The notes below the pieces were generated by a model that was not told where the DNA came from, did not search any database, and saw only the letters and a program-made list of their open reading frames with translations. A stretch of DNA of 64,000 nt from Chloroflexota bacterium (GTDB taxonomy: Bacteria > Chloroflexota > UBA11872 > VXNJ01): contig OZ253449.1 of NCBI GenBank assembly GCA_965261345.1, positions 128,001-192,000 on the forward strand, read 5' to 3'. A program made the position numbers and the translations under genes. Positions within the stretch are counted from its first letter, which is position 1. Each line of letters opens with the position of its first letter. Positions 1 to 11,969 of the stretch are shown here, in pieces.

Positions 1-147
1 TGGGACAAGATCGAACCAGGAATCAATTACGTCCTAAACCGCGCGCTACTTTACCGGGACCGCAGGGACTTCGTGATCCAGCCAGGTGACACCGGACGGC
101 CGGAGGACTATCCCACCTGTCCCGCTCACCCGAGTTCACCTGATTGA
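1..147 (+). CDS. 3' end of an unidentified CDS entering the window
   Basis: Frame 1 is open from base 1 (WDKIEPGINYVLNRALLYR...) to TGA at 145-147. Confidence 0.3.
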   Translation, partial: WDKIEPGINYVLNRALLYRDRRDFVIQPGDTGRPEDYPTCPAHPSSPD

Positions 148-389
148 AAATAAAAAGACAGAATCCATGCTCGGAATGTAGCAGGATGGGTCGCTAGATC
201 TCTAAAAAAGTAGGGCCCAATCCGGCGGGATTCAAATCCCTGCTGCGACACGTAGACGACGCTTTCAATATACGGCGGCGCAACCGCATACGCCTGCTAT
301 CGGAGCTGACCCCCCGCCTGCAGGCGGCCCGCAGAGTCGAGCGCGAGCTGGACCGACATCTGGCGCGCAGGTTCAACGTTTTCAAATAC

Positions 390-1595
390 TTGCGTACTGA
401 CGAACTCGGGCTCTCCCGCATCATCGCGGACCTGCTTGATCCGACCGCCGAGCATGGGCAGGGGACGGCCTTCTTGGAGGCGATGCTGGAAGCCCTGCCT
501 GAAACGCGCGATCTGTCCGCGACGTTTCGGGCAACCGCCACCAACCCGATCAAAGTGGTCACGGAGCGCCAGACGCCTCAAGGCCGACGCATCGACGTCA
601 GCGTGGACATTCCGACCGGTAACGGGCCGTTTTGCCTTGCATTCGAAAACAAGCCGTACGCCGAAGATCAACCCTGCCAGATAGCCGATTACTTGAAGTT
701 TCTCAAGCGGACGTACGAAAGGCGATTCCTGCTTGTGTACGTGCCGCCCGACGAACGCGAGCCTGATGAAGTCAGCCTCCCGGCGAAAGATCGCGAGAAG
801 TGGCGCGGGCACTTTCGGGTGATGCCGTATTTCGGAGGCGATACGTCGCTTGAGGACTGGATTGAAGCATGCCGCAAACGCTGTGGCGCCGAGCGGTTGA
901 ATTGGTTTCTACAGCAAACACAGACGTTCTGCCGACAGCGATTTGGAGAATCGACCATGACGACCGACGCCGAAACGCGCGAAATACGCGAATACTTGTA
1001 TTCGAACCCAGGCCAGATTCAAGCTGCGCTCGCCATCCACGATGCATGGCCAATCATTCGGGATGAGGTGTGCAAACGGTTTCTGGTTCATCTTCGCGAC
1101 AAAATCGAGCTTCGCTTGAAGCAAGCCCTGCCCGACTTCGCCGGTGACCTCCAAGTACGGCACAACTACGGAGGCGACAAGCAGCATTCAAACTTCCTGT
1201 TCTTCGGGCTCAACGACCGACCGAAATACGAAATCGGGTTCCAATCCCATGCCAGACAGGGTCCGAACGGCTGGTTGTGGGGCATCAAGGCACCGCGGCC
1301 GATTGGCGAGATGACTGCTGGGGAGACAGACTATCGCGAAGCGATTAAAGCTGCGCTCATTAAAGGCAGTCTTTCGCTCGCCAACTCGAAAGATCCGTAT
1401 TTGTGGCCGCAATATGAATATCTTCCGCAGTACCGCGATTGGAACTCTCTGGTATCCGAATTACATAAAGAACTTGAAAATGGGGCCAGCCCGATAACTG
1501 ATTTCTGCGTCGACGGGCTGATCAATATCGCCGCAATTGCCATCCCGGCAATTAATGACGTGGCAAGCGGCAGCCTGCCGGGTTTAAATGACTGA
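390..1595 (+). CDS. PD-(D/E)XK nuclease family protein (PDDEXK_4-like)
   Basis: FNVFKYL..DE..LSRIIADLLDP, RIDV and ENK motifs; the frame is open upstream to 198, so the true start is probably before 390. Confidence 0.8.
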   Translation: MRTDELGLSRIIADLLDPTAEHGQGTAFLEAMLEALPETRDLSATFRATATNPIKVVTERQTPQGRRIDVSVDIPTGNGPFCLAFENKPYAEDQPCQIADYLKFLKRTYERRFLLVYVPPDEREPDEVSLPAKDREKWRGHFRVMPYFGGDTSLEDWIEACRKRCGAERLNWFLQQTQTFCRQRFGESTMTTDAETREIREYLYSNPGQIQAALAIHDAWPIIRDEVCKRFLVHLRDKIELRLKQALPDFAGDLQVRHNYGGDKQHSNFLFFGLNDRPKYEIGFQSHARQGPNGWLWGIKAPRPIGEMTAGETDYREAIKAALIKGSLSLANSKDPYLWPQYEYLPQYRDWNSLVSELHKELENGASPITDFCVDGLINIAAIAIPAINDVASGSLPGLND

Positions 1596-1688
1596 ACACG
1601 GCTGGGGCCAAAGAACGATTTGGCAGGGTAAATTGGTGATCCCAATAAAAAAACTGCGGCATCGTCTCGGCCACGCGAATTCCCTTAA

Positions 1689-2900
1689 GGCAACTCTGAA
1701 TAAGTCTCCGCCAACCCCGGCCGGCTATCCGGCTCTGGGCTGAATCGGATATCTGATCCAAAATCAGAACATGACATCTGGCAGAGTTGGAACCCCGACC
1801 GTGTCCGAACGCACCTTCGCCGACGTCGCATTCGAGAGCAAGAAGCGCAAGACCGGGCGCGAACTCTTCCTTGACCGCCTTGACAGCCTGGTCCCCTGGT
1901 CAGAGCTGGAAGATCTGATTGGACCCGTATATCCCACGGCCGGCAACGGCCGCCGTCCCTACCCATTGGGAAAGATGCTGCGCGTGCATGTGGCGCAGAT
2001 AACCCACAACCTCTCCGCTCCAGCGATGGAGGACGCTCTCTACGACATTGAGTCGGTGCGCCGATTCTGCGGCTTTGCATTGGATGGACCGTTGCCCGAC
2101 GAGACCACCATCCTCAACTTCCGTCGCCGCCTGGAGGAGAACGGCCTGGCCGCAAAGATCTTCCAGCGCATCATCGACCACCTTGCCGCCAAGGGCGTGC
2201 GGCTGCAGCAGGGAACCATCGGCGACGCCACCATCATCGCCGCGCCGTCCTCGACCAAGAACCGCGCAAAGAAACGCGATCCCGAGATGCGTTCCGCCAA
2301 GTAAGGGCAATCAGTGGCACTTCGGCCTGAAGGCCCATATCGGGGTGGACTCTGGATCGGGAATCGTCCACTCCCTTGTCACCACCCCGGCCAACGTGCA
2401 CGACCTGAATGTGGCCGGATTCCTGCTCACCGGTAAAGAGAAGACCGTATGGGGAGACGCCGGTTACCAGGGGATTGAGGAGAGGCTGCCGGAGGAGGAG
2501 GTCGAGTTCAGGATCGCCATGCGCAAGGGGAAGCGCAAACTCCTCGACTAAGAATTCTGACCAGGAGCGAGCCGAGCAGGCGAAGTCATCGATGCGCGCC
2601 AGGGTGGAGCACCCGTTCTACGATCTCAAGCGCTGGTTTGGCTACGGGAAGGCCAGGTACCGCGGGCCCTACAAGAACACCCAGCGCCTGCTGCTGCTGG
2701 CCGGGCTATCCAACCTGCTGCGGGCCGAAAAGCTGCTGGCGGCGTAACTTGTCCTGGGATCATTGCGCCCAAAACGGGATGAGAATCCCGGGTTTGCGAC
2801 TGTATTTGGTGTCGCAGGAGACCAAATGCTCTGATCCCGGCTTCAAAATCGGCGAATATGGCCAGGAACGTCGGCGGGCGCCCACTTATTCAGACTTTCC
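1689..2900 (+). mobile_element. IS5-family insertion sequence
   Basis: TIRs ggcaactctgaataagt (1689) and acttattcagactttcc (2884-2900), 15/17 match; no intact TSD (ttaa vs tttg). Confidence 0.9.
1771..2747 (+). pseudogene. IS5 transposase, frameshifted twice (~2302 and ~2550)
   Basis: [31 protein letters not shown] and RARVEHPF spread over three frames. Confidence 0.9.
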
Positions 2901-3026
2901 TTTGCGCGGCGCCCGGTTTGTCGCGGCGCGCGGCCGGCCTGTGGCCTGCGGCGCCTTTGTTGGCCTCCCCACCGGGTCCTGGTGGTCCATGATCTTCGCG
3001 CAGCGAGTCCTTCGTCCACGACCGAA

Positions 3027-3422
3027 TCAGCGCGAAGTTCGAACCCACGCGATGCCATCGACGTGTTCGAAGTGCTGATCGGCGGAAACCAAATCGGCGC
3101 CCGTTTCCATGGCATGGGCCGCTACCCATACATCGTTGGTAGGAATCGGTCGCCCCTTTGCCTTCAACGCAATCATGATTCGCGAATAGCGATCAGCGGT
3201 TACCGCACCCACCGGTACGAACGAAACGAATGGACGTTGCAGGAACGACCGAAGCTCGGCAAGGTTTTGTTCAAAGCGTCGCCCTCGACGAAAGCCATAT
3301 AGTTGCTCACCTACAACGATTGCTGAAAGCAGCACCTCTTCTGCAGTCGATACCAAGTCTCGGATTTCACCATTTCCACGCATGAACCCGGAATATGCAT
3401 TGGAATCGAGCAGAAGCCTCAC
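3027..3422 (-). CDS. vapC: VapC PIN-domain toxin
   Basis: LLDSNAY, IVVGE, IPTNDVWVAA, LVSADQHF. Confidence 0.9.
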   Translation of the reverse strand: MRLLLDSNAYSGFMRGNGEIRDLVSTAEEVLLSAIVVGEQLYGFRRGRRFEQNLAELRSFLQRPFVSFVPVGAVTADRYSRIMIALKAKGRPIPTNDVWVAAHAMETGADLVSADQHFEHVDGIAWVRTSR

Positions 3423-3685
3423 TTCCAGGCACCTTCGTCCACCGTCTCGAAATCCTCAAGGGCGGTGTCGAATCTCTCTGCTTCCTCCTGGCTCCAAACT
3501 CCGAAAAGGTCGTCTAAAGCAGTGCCGATGGCGTTGGGGTTTGCCTGGGCCGTGTCGGCAATACCGGCGCCTTTCTTGAGCAGCTTCAAGGCGGCCTTAT
3601 TGAGCGAGATCCCTTCCCGCTTAGCAAGCTGGCGGAGAATGGCGTCAACTTCATCATCCAAACCCCTGATGGTAAGTTGATTGAT
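3419..3685 (-). CDS. FitA/VapB-like ribbon-helix-helix antitoxin
   Basis: (I)NQLTIRGLDDEVDAILRQLAKREGISLN; overlaps the vapC start; start position inferred. Confidence 0.75.
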   Translation of the reverse strand: MNQLTIRGLDDEVDAILRQLAKREGISLNKAALKLLKKGAGIADTAQANPNAIGTALDDLFGVWSQEEAERFDTALEDFETVDEGAWK

Positions 3686-3759
3686 TTGATCATTCCTTAG
3701 TGCGAGTCACAATGTGAGTCATTATGATGTATTTGGCGATCGCCAATTCTCCGATCGAG

Positions 3760-4150
3760 AACTAAAGATCCGCTTGCTTGGGCTGGTCGATGCCTGCGCC
3801 ACCCTGCGCCGCCGCATTTACAGACCGGTTACTGGGCCAGGAAGCATCCCACATCAAGTGGCAAGTGGGGCCGGCGGTCCTGACGCGGCCCCGAACGGAT
3901 TTACGCCGTGCACGCTCCATCACAGAGCTCTCGACGCCGACGCCCTGGGATCGGCGCGGAAATCCGACTCTTCTGTTCTGATCTTGGTCTCCAGCGAGGC
4001 CAAAGACAGGATGTAGAAAGGCTGCAGCTCGTCGGATATTGGAGCAAGGCACTGCGGCGACGGCAACACCCTTGGGGCGCGCCTGGCGCGAATTTATTGC
4101 CTGGCACCGCGAGGGAGTTTCACAGGGTCCGCGATGCCAGAGCGAAAGCG
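3760..4150 (+). pseudogene. Decayed HNH endonuclease C-terminal remnant
   Basis: EASHIKWQ / GGPD..PNG..CTLHHRALD..ILVSSE / EFIAWHR fragments in shifting frames; boundaries approximate. Confidence 0.6.
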
Positions 4151-4579
4151 GGCCCCGCTGCGCACCGCGAACCTGGCGGTGGCCAATATTTCGTGCCACG
4201 GGTTTTGGGCAGGGCAACGCATGGTGAACGCCGACCCCAGGTTTTTCGCCTGCGCCGTTACGTTGCCCGAGATTTACTGCAACCTGAATTACAGTTGGCT
4301 GCCGCCTGACGTGCGAGCCAATAGAACTAGATTGGATTGAACCACGTGCTGGCCGCTCGCCTTGCTTCGGAATGCGCCGGACTTTCCATCGGTTACATTT
4401 CGGGGCGCAAAACTGGGCGGTGCGTCAAAAAGTTGCAGGGTGCGTCAGAAAATATTGGACGTTGCGGAAATCTTCATTTGATTTACTGGACTCAAACAAT
4501 TTGGGTTGGCTCTTAGCCGCTACATCAACCCACGAACATCAGGCCGCAAATCAAACTGTAACCCGGCCCAATAGGTGAA

Positions 4580-6346
4580 TTGAAGCACGTGCCAGACGAC
4601 CTTCCAACAGTTTCCGAAAGAGCGATTCTGTCCTGGGCTGGCCCTCTGGATTTTCGGCTCGGGCGGGTCATATCTTCTGATGGCCAGATCTTGCATCAGA
4701 AGCGCTCCGCTAACGTAATCGAAGCCCTCTGCCGGGAGATTTCGCCCCGTCCCTACCGGGTACGCGTGGTGCTGTCCGGTAACGATATTGAAAGTGCGTC
4801 CTGCACGTGCTCTATCGGCGAAACGGGTCACTGCCCCCACGTGGCCGCCACCCTAATTGCCTACTCAAAGGACCCGGAGAGATTCGGCGTGGCGGTTGGC
4901 CTAGACGCCGCCCTGGAACGCCGCAGCAAATCCGAGCTGATCGAACTAATCAATCGGCTACTCGCGCTGCGACCGGGTTTGGAGGACTTCCCGGAAACAT
5001 TTTTGGCAACAAGACACCCGGACCAAGGCCTGCTTGATCCGGCAACCTGTCGTCGATACGCGTCATTTGCATTTCAGGTTAGACATTGCGACTACGACAG
5101 TGCAATAGTGGCCGCGGACGATCTCGAAAGATCGCTCGAACAAGGCGACGAATACCTGGCGCTTGAGGACTTTCGCAGCGCACTCATCGTTTATTCGGCA
5201 ATTGCGGCCGGGATTCTCGATTGTTCCGAGATAGTTACGGTCCTGGTTGACTGTGACAACGGCGAGTTGGCGGCAGCGCTGAATCACTGCATTACAGGCT
5301 TGGCGAAGGGCCTGGCCGGCGCTGCAGGCGATGCCGCGATCAGGAACAAGGCCCTGCGAACGCTGCTGGAGTTGCACCTGCACGATGTCATCTACAGCGA
5401 CTCACTGTTCGCCGGCAAATCAGGTGCGTTGATCAAAGAGCATGCTTCCGGCATTGAAAAGGCATTGCTGACCGCCTGGATCCGGGCGGACATGCCCGTT
5501 GGGCTTACGTGGCCCGACCATATCGATCGCCAGTTGCGTGGCAGATTCTTACTGGAATTGGCGCAAGGGGAGTTGGATGAGGACGCCTGCCTTCAAATTT
5601 GCCGGGAGAGCGGGCTCGCAATCGAGTTGGCCGATCGCCTGCTGCAGATGGGTCGACTTGACGACGCCCTTGACGCCATTGGGATGGCTTGGGGCCCAGA
5701 ATTGCCAGAACTTGGAGAATTATTCGATCGCCACGGTAAAGCGCATTCGATCGAGCCCTCGCTTCATGAATGCTTTGAGTCGAGTCGAGATTCCAATCTT
5801 GCCGAGTGGCTCAAGACCCATTACATCGGGTATCGAAAGTATTCGAGAGCTCTACCGATAGCGGAATTCCTATTTGAACGCGATCCCGGTGCCTCCGGAT
5901 ATCGGGAGTTACGCGAGCTTGCACTGCATGCTGGGCAATGGGAAAACATCCGATTGCATGCACTGCATGGAATATCGACCTCAGGCCAGATCAATGCGCT
6001 TGCAAACGAATACATCGATGAAGGCGAAGTTGAACCGGCGCTTGAATTAGCTGGGCACGCGTACCTTGGTGCTCATGTCATGAAGCGGCTAATTCGGGCT
6101 GTGGAGGCAGTCGCAACGACGAGCCTCAGAGAAGCGCCCTCCTATTTCCGTTGCTTGGCAGAAATTTACATCGAACTCCGTGGCCGCAAGAATTACAAGC
6201 AAGCGTGCAGGCAACTGATCAGCATGCGTGACTTGCTCCGGCGCCTCGGACGCGATTCGGATTGGCAAGGCTTCCTCGCTGAACTGCGGCGCGGCACTCG
6301 AAATAGGCCTGCATTACAAGATGAGATGTTGCGTTCCGGGTTGTAA
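4580..6346 (+). CDS. SWIM zinc-finger family protein
   Basis: CTC......CPHVAATL SWIM motif; C-terminal RKNYKQA...RNRPALQDE typical of this family. Confidence 0.85.
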   Translation: MKHVPDDLPTVSERAILSWAGPLDFRLGRVISSDGQILHQKRSANVIEALCREISPRPYRVRVVLSGNDIESASCTCSIGETGHCPHVAATLIAYSKDPERFGVAVGLDAALERRSKSELIELINRLLALRPGLEDFPETFLATRHPDQGLLDPATCRRYASFAFQVRHCDYDSAIVAADDLERSLEQGDEYLALEDFRSALIVYSAIAAGILDCSEIVTVLVDCDNGELAAALNHCITGLAKGLAGAAGDAAIRNKALRTLLELHLHDVIYSDSLFAGKSGALIKEHASGIEKALLTAWIRADMPVGLTWPDHIDRQLRGRFLLELAQGELDEDACLQICRESGLAIELADRLLQMGRLDDALDAIGMAWGPELPELGELFDRHGKAHSIEPSLHECFESSRDSNLAEWLKTHYIGYRKYSRALPIAEFLFERDPGASGYRELRELALHAGQWENIRLHALHGISTSGQINALANEYIDEGEVEPALELAGHAYLGAHVMKRLIRAVEAVATTSLREAPSYFRCLAEIYIELRGRKNYKQACRQLISMRDLLRRLGRDSDWQGFLAELRRGTRNRPALQDEMLRSGL

Positions 6347-6440
6347 CCAACAAGTGGATATAGACATTCACACGGGAATCGTTGTGGCAGGTCCCCGGTT
6401 TTGGTACCAGGTGGTTTGAGACATTGTCTTGTGGGAGGGT

Positions 6441-6472
6441 GCCGCCAGCTCTCCTGCAGGAGAGCTGGCGGC
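6441..6472. repeat. 32-bp perfect palindrome in the IS3 3' extension
   Basis: gccgccagctctcctg|caggagagctggcggc; also at 40455-40486. Confidence 0.95.
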
Positions 6473-7867
6473 GAAGCTGATATTGCGGCCGCCCGTAGCA
6501 CCCACGAAGACGGACGCCAGGCCGTCGATGAGGCCGGCCGGCAGCAGCCGGATGGCAACTTGCAGGTACTCCATCACGCCGCCGCCTCGATCGCTTCCAG
6601 GGGCGATAGGTAGCCGAGCGCACTGTGCGGACGCACGCTGTTGTAGTCGATCCGGAAGCGCTCCAGCATCACCCTGGCTTCTTCGAGGGTGTAGAAGATC
6701 TCGCGCTCCAGGAGTTCGTCCCTCACCCTGGAGATGAAGGATTCGGCATAGGCGTTCTCCCATGGTGCTCCGGGCTTGATGTAGACGGTCTTGACCTGGT
6801 TTGCCGATAGCCATTGCCTTATCGCTTTGGCAGTAAATTCGGGGCCGTTGTCAGAGCGGATGTGCTCGGGGACCCCGCGGATGAGCATGAGGTCGGCGAT
6901 TGTCTCGATCACGTCCCGGGCAGGGAAGGATCGGGCCGCCCGGGCCGCTAAGGCCACGCGGGTGAACTCATCGACCACGGTAAGGATCCGCAGTGGTCTG
7001 CCGTCCTCGGTGCGCTGGTTAAGCAAAGTCGTAGGCCCAGACGTGATTCGGGCGCTCGGCCATAAGCCGCGTAGAGCGTCCGTTCTTAAAGCCAGAGGCG
7101 CGACTTCTTGACCTTTCGGATCGGGACTTTTAGTCCCTCCCGGCGCCAGATGCGCAGTACCCGCTTGCGGTTGACCTTCCAGCCCGAGCGTTTAAGCAGG
7201 GCGGTGATGCGCGCGCCAGATGCGCAATACCCGTTTGCGGTTCAGTTTCCAGCCCGGAGTGTTTAAGCAGGGCGGCTGATGCGCTTGTAGCCATAGGCTG
7301 GGGGTGCTTCCCGTCCGAGGGAAAGCATCCTGATCTCGGCGGTGAGGTTGTCCTCTTCCGGATCGGGTTTTGGGATGTAGCGCTGGGTGCGGCGCGATTG
7401 GCCCAGCACCCGGCAGGCCCTTCTTTCGGAGACCTTGAAGATGCGGACTGCCCGGACGGCTGGTGCCGGGGGTTTGACCACCTCGGCATAGCGCGCGACG
7501 CACTTGCGGCCTCGCTCCGGGCTTACCAATTTCCTTAAGGCCCCTCTTTGAAGGATCTGGTTGTCGAGCGTTAAATCGGCCACCGCGTGTTTTAAGCGCT
7601 TGTTCTCCTCGCGGCAGGCGCTAGCGGGGTTCGGTCTGTTCTCCTTGGCATCCTGATCTCGGCGGTGAGGTTGTCCTTTTCCGGATCGGGTTTTCGTATG
7701 GCCCAGCACCCCGCCCTTCGTTCGGAGACCTTAGCGGGAGCGCCAGCGGTAATAGGCCTCTCATTGAAGGTCTGGACGTTGATCGCCGCCTTGGCGGCAG
7801 CTCTGCTCGACCGTGTCGCCCTGGGCGATCGCCCTGGGCGCCCAGCTCTATGGCCCGGAGCTTGTTG

Positions 7868-9805
7868 ATTCACGGTAGGAACACCGGTTGCCCGATGCCC
7901 CCCGTACAGATCCCGGCGTGCGCGTTAACGCACCGGGCTCCTAGCTTGAGTATCTAACGGCAAAGCGCTGGGCGGGCCATGGGTGGCGGATTTGGACGGG
8001 CGGCCAGAGTTGGTCGCAAAGCTGGCTGATGCGCTCCCAGGTGGTGCGATCTTTGTCCGAGCGACGCTGCAGGGTGCGTTTCCAATGCCATTGCAGCCGT
8101 TGGCGGAATCGACAAAGGGACGGATAACTGGTGGGGACGGCGTAATAGTTGAGCCATCCGTTCAGCACCATCCCGAGCCATTGCCCGGTCTGCATCGGAT
8201 CATCGTGCATGCGCATACGCAGCTTCTCTTTGATCGCCTTCAGGGTGCGTCGTACTCGCTTGGCGATGGGCTTGCGTCCCAGTTTGAAGCCGCCGCTGCG
8301 GGTTCTTGAGCAGTAGTGCGTTAGGCCGAGGAAGTCAAAAGTCTCCGGACGGCTGTCGTTACGCTGGCGGCGATTCTCGATCGCGTATCTGCCGAACTCG
8401 ATCAGGCGGGTCTTGTGGGCTGCAAGCTCTAATCCGTACTCTTCTAGCCTGTCTCGCAAATCCTTTGCAAATCTGACCGCATCGCTGCGGTACTCAAATC
8501 CCAGGACGAAGTCATCGGCATACCTGACGATGTAGACCTCGCCGCTGGCCCTTTTGGGTCGCCATTCCTTGGCAAACCATGAGTCCAGGACTTTGTGCAG
8601 GTACACGTTGGCAAGCAGCGGCGATATCGGCGCCCCTTGCGGTGTTCCCTGCACGCTGTCGGATAGTTCTCCGGCTTCCATTACTCCGGTGCTCAGCCAT
8701 TTGCGGATTAGGCGCAGGACGCGGTTGTCTCCGATTCGCTCTCCCAGGAACGAGATGAGTCGCTCGCGGTCGAGATGGTCGAAGAAGCCTTTTATGTCGG
8801 CGTCAAGAATCCAGTTGACTTTTCTCCGTTCGATGGCGTAGGCCAGGGCGTCCAGCGCGTCGTGCGCTGATCTTTTTGGCCGGAACCCGTATGCGAACCC
8901 GGCGAACTCCGATTCATAGATCGGGTCAAGGATCTGTTGACACACCGCCCGCTGCAGGATCTTGTCCTCTATGGATGCGATTCCAAGCGCTCGCTTCCCG
9001 CCGTCCGGTTTGGGTATCGCTACCCGCAGGACGGGGGTCGCTCGGTATGCTCCTTTGTGCACGCGGTCTTTAAGGTCGAGAAGTTTCTCTTCCAGGTTTT
9101 CCTCGTACATCCTCCACGTGATCCCGTCGGCGCCGGGAGCGGCATTGGGTTTTAGCCCGTAGAACGCATCCCTTAGCGCGTCAAGGTCTATGTGGTGTAA
9201 GAGCGCGGTGAGTTTTCCCTCTGGGTTCTCTTTGGCGTGTTGCCGTACGCGTTCGGCTCCGGGTGACACGGGAACCCACCCCTGGGTGTAGTCCGTGCCG
9301 GTGCCTGGCGCGTTCCTCTTGCTTGCGGCCCTTTCCTCCGGCGGCTCCGCCGGGGTTTTACGCCCCATTGTTCGCCGCCTTCGCAGGTACTATGGCCGCA
9401 TCAGACTTCTGCACATCGTGCATCATCGGATTGCGAAACTCCTTCCTTCCCGATGCGGCCCCGGATCTGCGAGTGAACCGGGGTAATGCGCAGATCTCCC
9501 AGTTCCCGGCCCGGGACTTACGTACGTACATGAGTTCTTTGACACCGTCGAGCCCGGCTGACGGCTGGCCATCTATTGCCGCCGCCGGTGTTGCCTTCGA
9601 CCAGAATCACGGTCTCGGCGCTCGGGACAAACCCGATGTTTCGGTGCTCCATAGCTCTGTCCGCACGCTCCGCTGCCGACGCTTCACCGACCGTCTCGCG
9701 ACGGCCTGCGCACGGCTCGCGGGCTGATGTGGGCTGGCTCTCGCCCTTCATCCCGGGAGACTTTCACTCCTTGTCCTGGTACCAGTTGGACTGGCTGTTC
9801 TGACT
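7868..9805 (-). mobile_element. Group II intron (bacterial class E-like) inserted in IS3 orfA
   Basis: Domain V gagcccggtgcgttaacgcgcacgccgggatctg and a domain VI hairpin follow the IEP stop; exons resume the IS3 orfA sequence on both sides. Confidence 0.9.
7941..9368 (-). CDS. ltrA: Group II intron reverse transcriptase/maturase without an endonuclease domain
   Basis: APGADG, GFRPKRS, DIKGFFD, GTPQG, RYADD, FDFLG, GWLNYY. Confidence 0.97.
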   Translation of the reverse strand: MGRKTPAEPPEERAASKRNAPGTGTDYTQGWVPVSPGAERVRQHAKENPEGKLTALLHHIDLDALRDAFYGLKPNAAPGADGITWRMYEENLEEKLLDLKDRVHKGAYRATPVLRVAIPKPDGGKRALGIASIEDKILQRAVCQQILDPIYESEFAGFAYGFRPKRSAHDALDALAYAIERRKVNWILDADIKGFFDHLDRERLISFLGERIGDNRVLRLIRKWLSTGVMEAGELSDSVQGTPQGAPISPLLANVYLHKVLDSWFAKEWRPKRASGEVYIVRYADDFVLGFEYRSDAVRFAKDLRDRLEEYGLELAAHKTRLIEFGRYAIENRRQRNDSRPETFDFLGLTHYCSRTRSGGFKLGRKPIAKRVRRTLKAIKEKLRMRMHDDPMQTGQWLGMVLNGWLNYYAVPTSYPSLCRFRQRLQWHWKRTLQRRSDKDRTTWERISQLCDQLWPPVQIRHPWPAQRFAVRYSS

Positions 9806-10103
9806 TGTTCGGGCGAGTACTTTCGCTTCGCCATTGCTGTCCCTTTTCGTTGGAACCAGATTATTCACATTCCCTCTGGTACCAATGAGGCAATTGTCTT
9901 GATTGTCAATTCCGGCAGAGGTGGGGTCAGAGGGGTCCAGGAGAAAGGGGAGGATAGATCCAGCGCCCCGACCGCGGTTCATAGTGACCGCAGCCCGATC
10001 GACAGGCGATAACCGGATGCGTAATCGCCGCAATAGCCCGATCCCGGGCATGGCTTCGCCAGGGACCTTGCCCGCAAGAGCGATCGGACCTGCCCGGCGT
10101 TCA

Positions 10104-11323
<1,220 letters not shown>

Positions 11324-11516
11324 TTAGAGCAACACACGTAAAAGGATATGCGCACATGACCCAACTGTGGAAGTCGTTGTGGATCGCCTGGATCAGGATA
11401 TATCATCCCTTATACAGGCTGGCGTCGATCGTCAATTGGCAGGCGTCGCCGGTTGTCGGATCGGGCTATGGTTGCGTAACAGCTTTATCATTACTCTTTC
11501 AGGAAGGACGATGCCG

Positions 11517-11969
11517 ATGTCTGCCGCCAATGATCCCAAGATCGAGTTCCTGCGAAGCTGCGGGGCGCTCAATCCCCATCCCGAGCGGGTGGGCGACGAA
11601 CTCTTCGCCGGGCATGACTTCTTCGACCCGCGCGATCTTTGCCAGGTGCGTTACGAGATGCTGCGGCGGGTGTTTGTCGATGAACGTAGGGTGTCTGACA
11701 GCGCCCGTCTCTACGGTTACTCCCGCCCGACCTGGTACAACGTCGCCCGGGTCTACCGGGTCGGCGGCCTGGCCGGACTCCTATCCGAGCGCCCCGGTCC
11801 GCGTAAAGCGCGCAAGCTGGTCCCCGAGATCGTTTTGTTCATTGAGCAGGTGCGACGGGAGCACCCCGGTCTGGGGGCGGCGGCGCTGGCGCGGTTGGTC
11901 AACGAGCATTTCGGCGTATCGGTGCACCGCTGCAGCATCGAGCGGGCGTTGCGGCGCGCAAAAAATTAA
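11517..11969 (+). CDS. Helix-turn-helix protein of the recombinase element
   Basis: RBS aggaagga at 11501; FFDPRDL.QVRYEMLRRV...GYSRPTWY...GLAGLL...PGPR. Confidence 0.85.
   Translation: MSAANDPKIEFLRSCGALNPHPERVGDELFAGHDFFDPRDLCQVRYEMLRRVFVDERRVSDSARLYGYSRPTWYNVARVYRVGGLAGLLSERPGPRKARKLVPEIVLFIEQVRREHPGLGAAALARLVNEHFGVSVHRCSIERALRRAKN

Larger units (their letters stand above)
6574..9834 (-). pseudogene. IS3 orfA/orfB, split by the intron and scrambled between ~7020 and 7870
   Basis: DDE core RSDNGPEF...WENAYAESF in 6574-7026; orfA start MAKRKYSPEQ at 9834. Confidence 0.85.

Noticed and set aside
6368-6575. Small ORF (MEYLQVAIRLL...) downstream of IS3 orfB
   Set aside because: Differences from the copy near 40590 are mostly amino-acid-changing, and the frame runs out through the TIR
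7941-9368. Retron, DGR or defence reverse transcriptase
   Set aside because: Domains V/VI, the maturase domain and interrupted exons identify a group II intron
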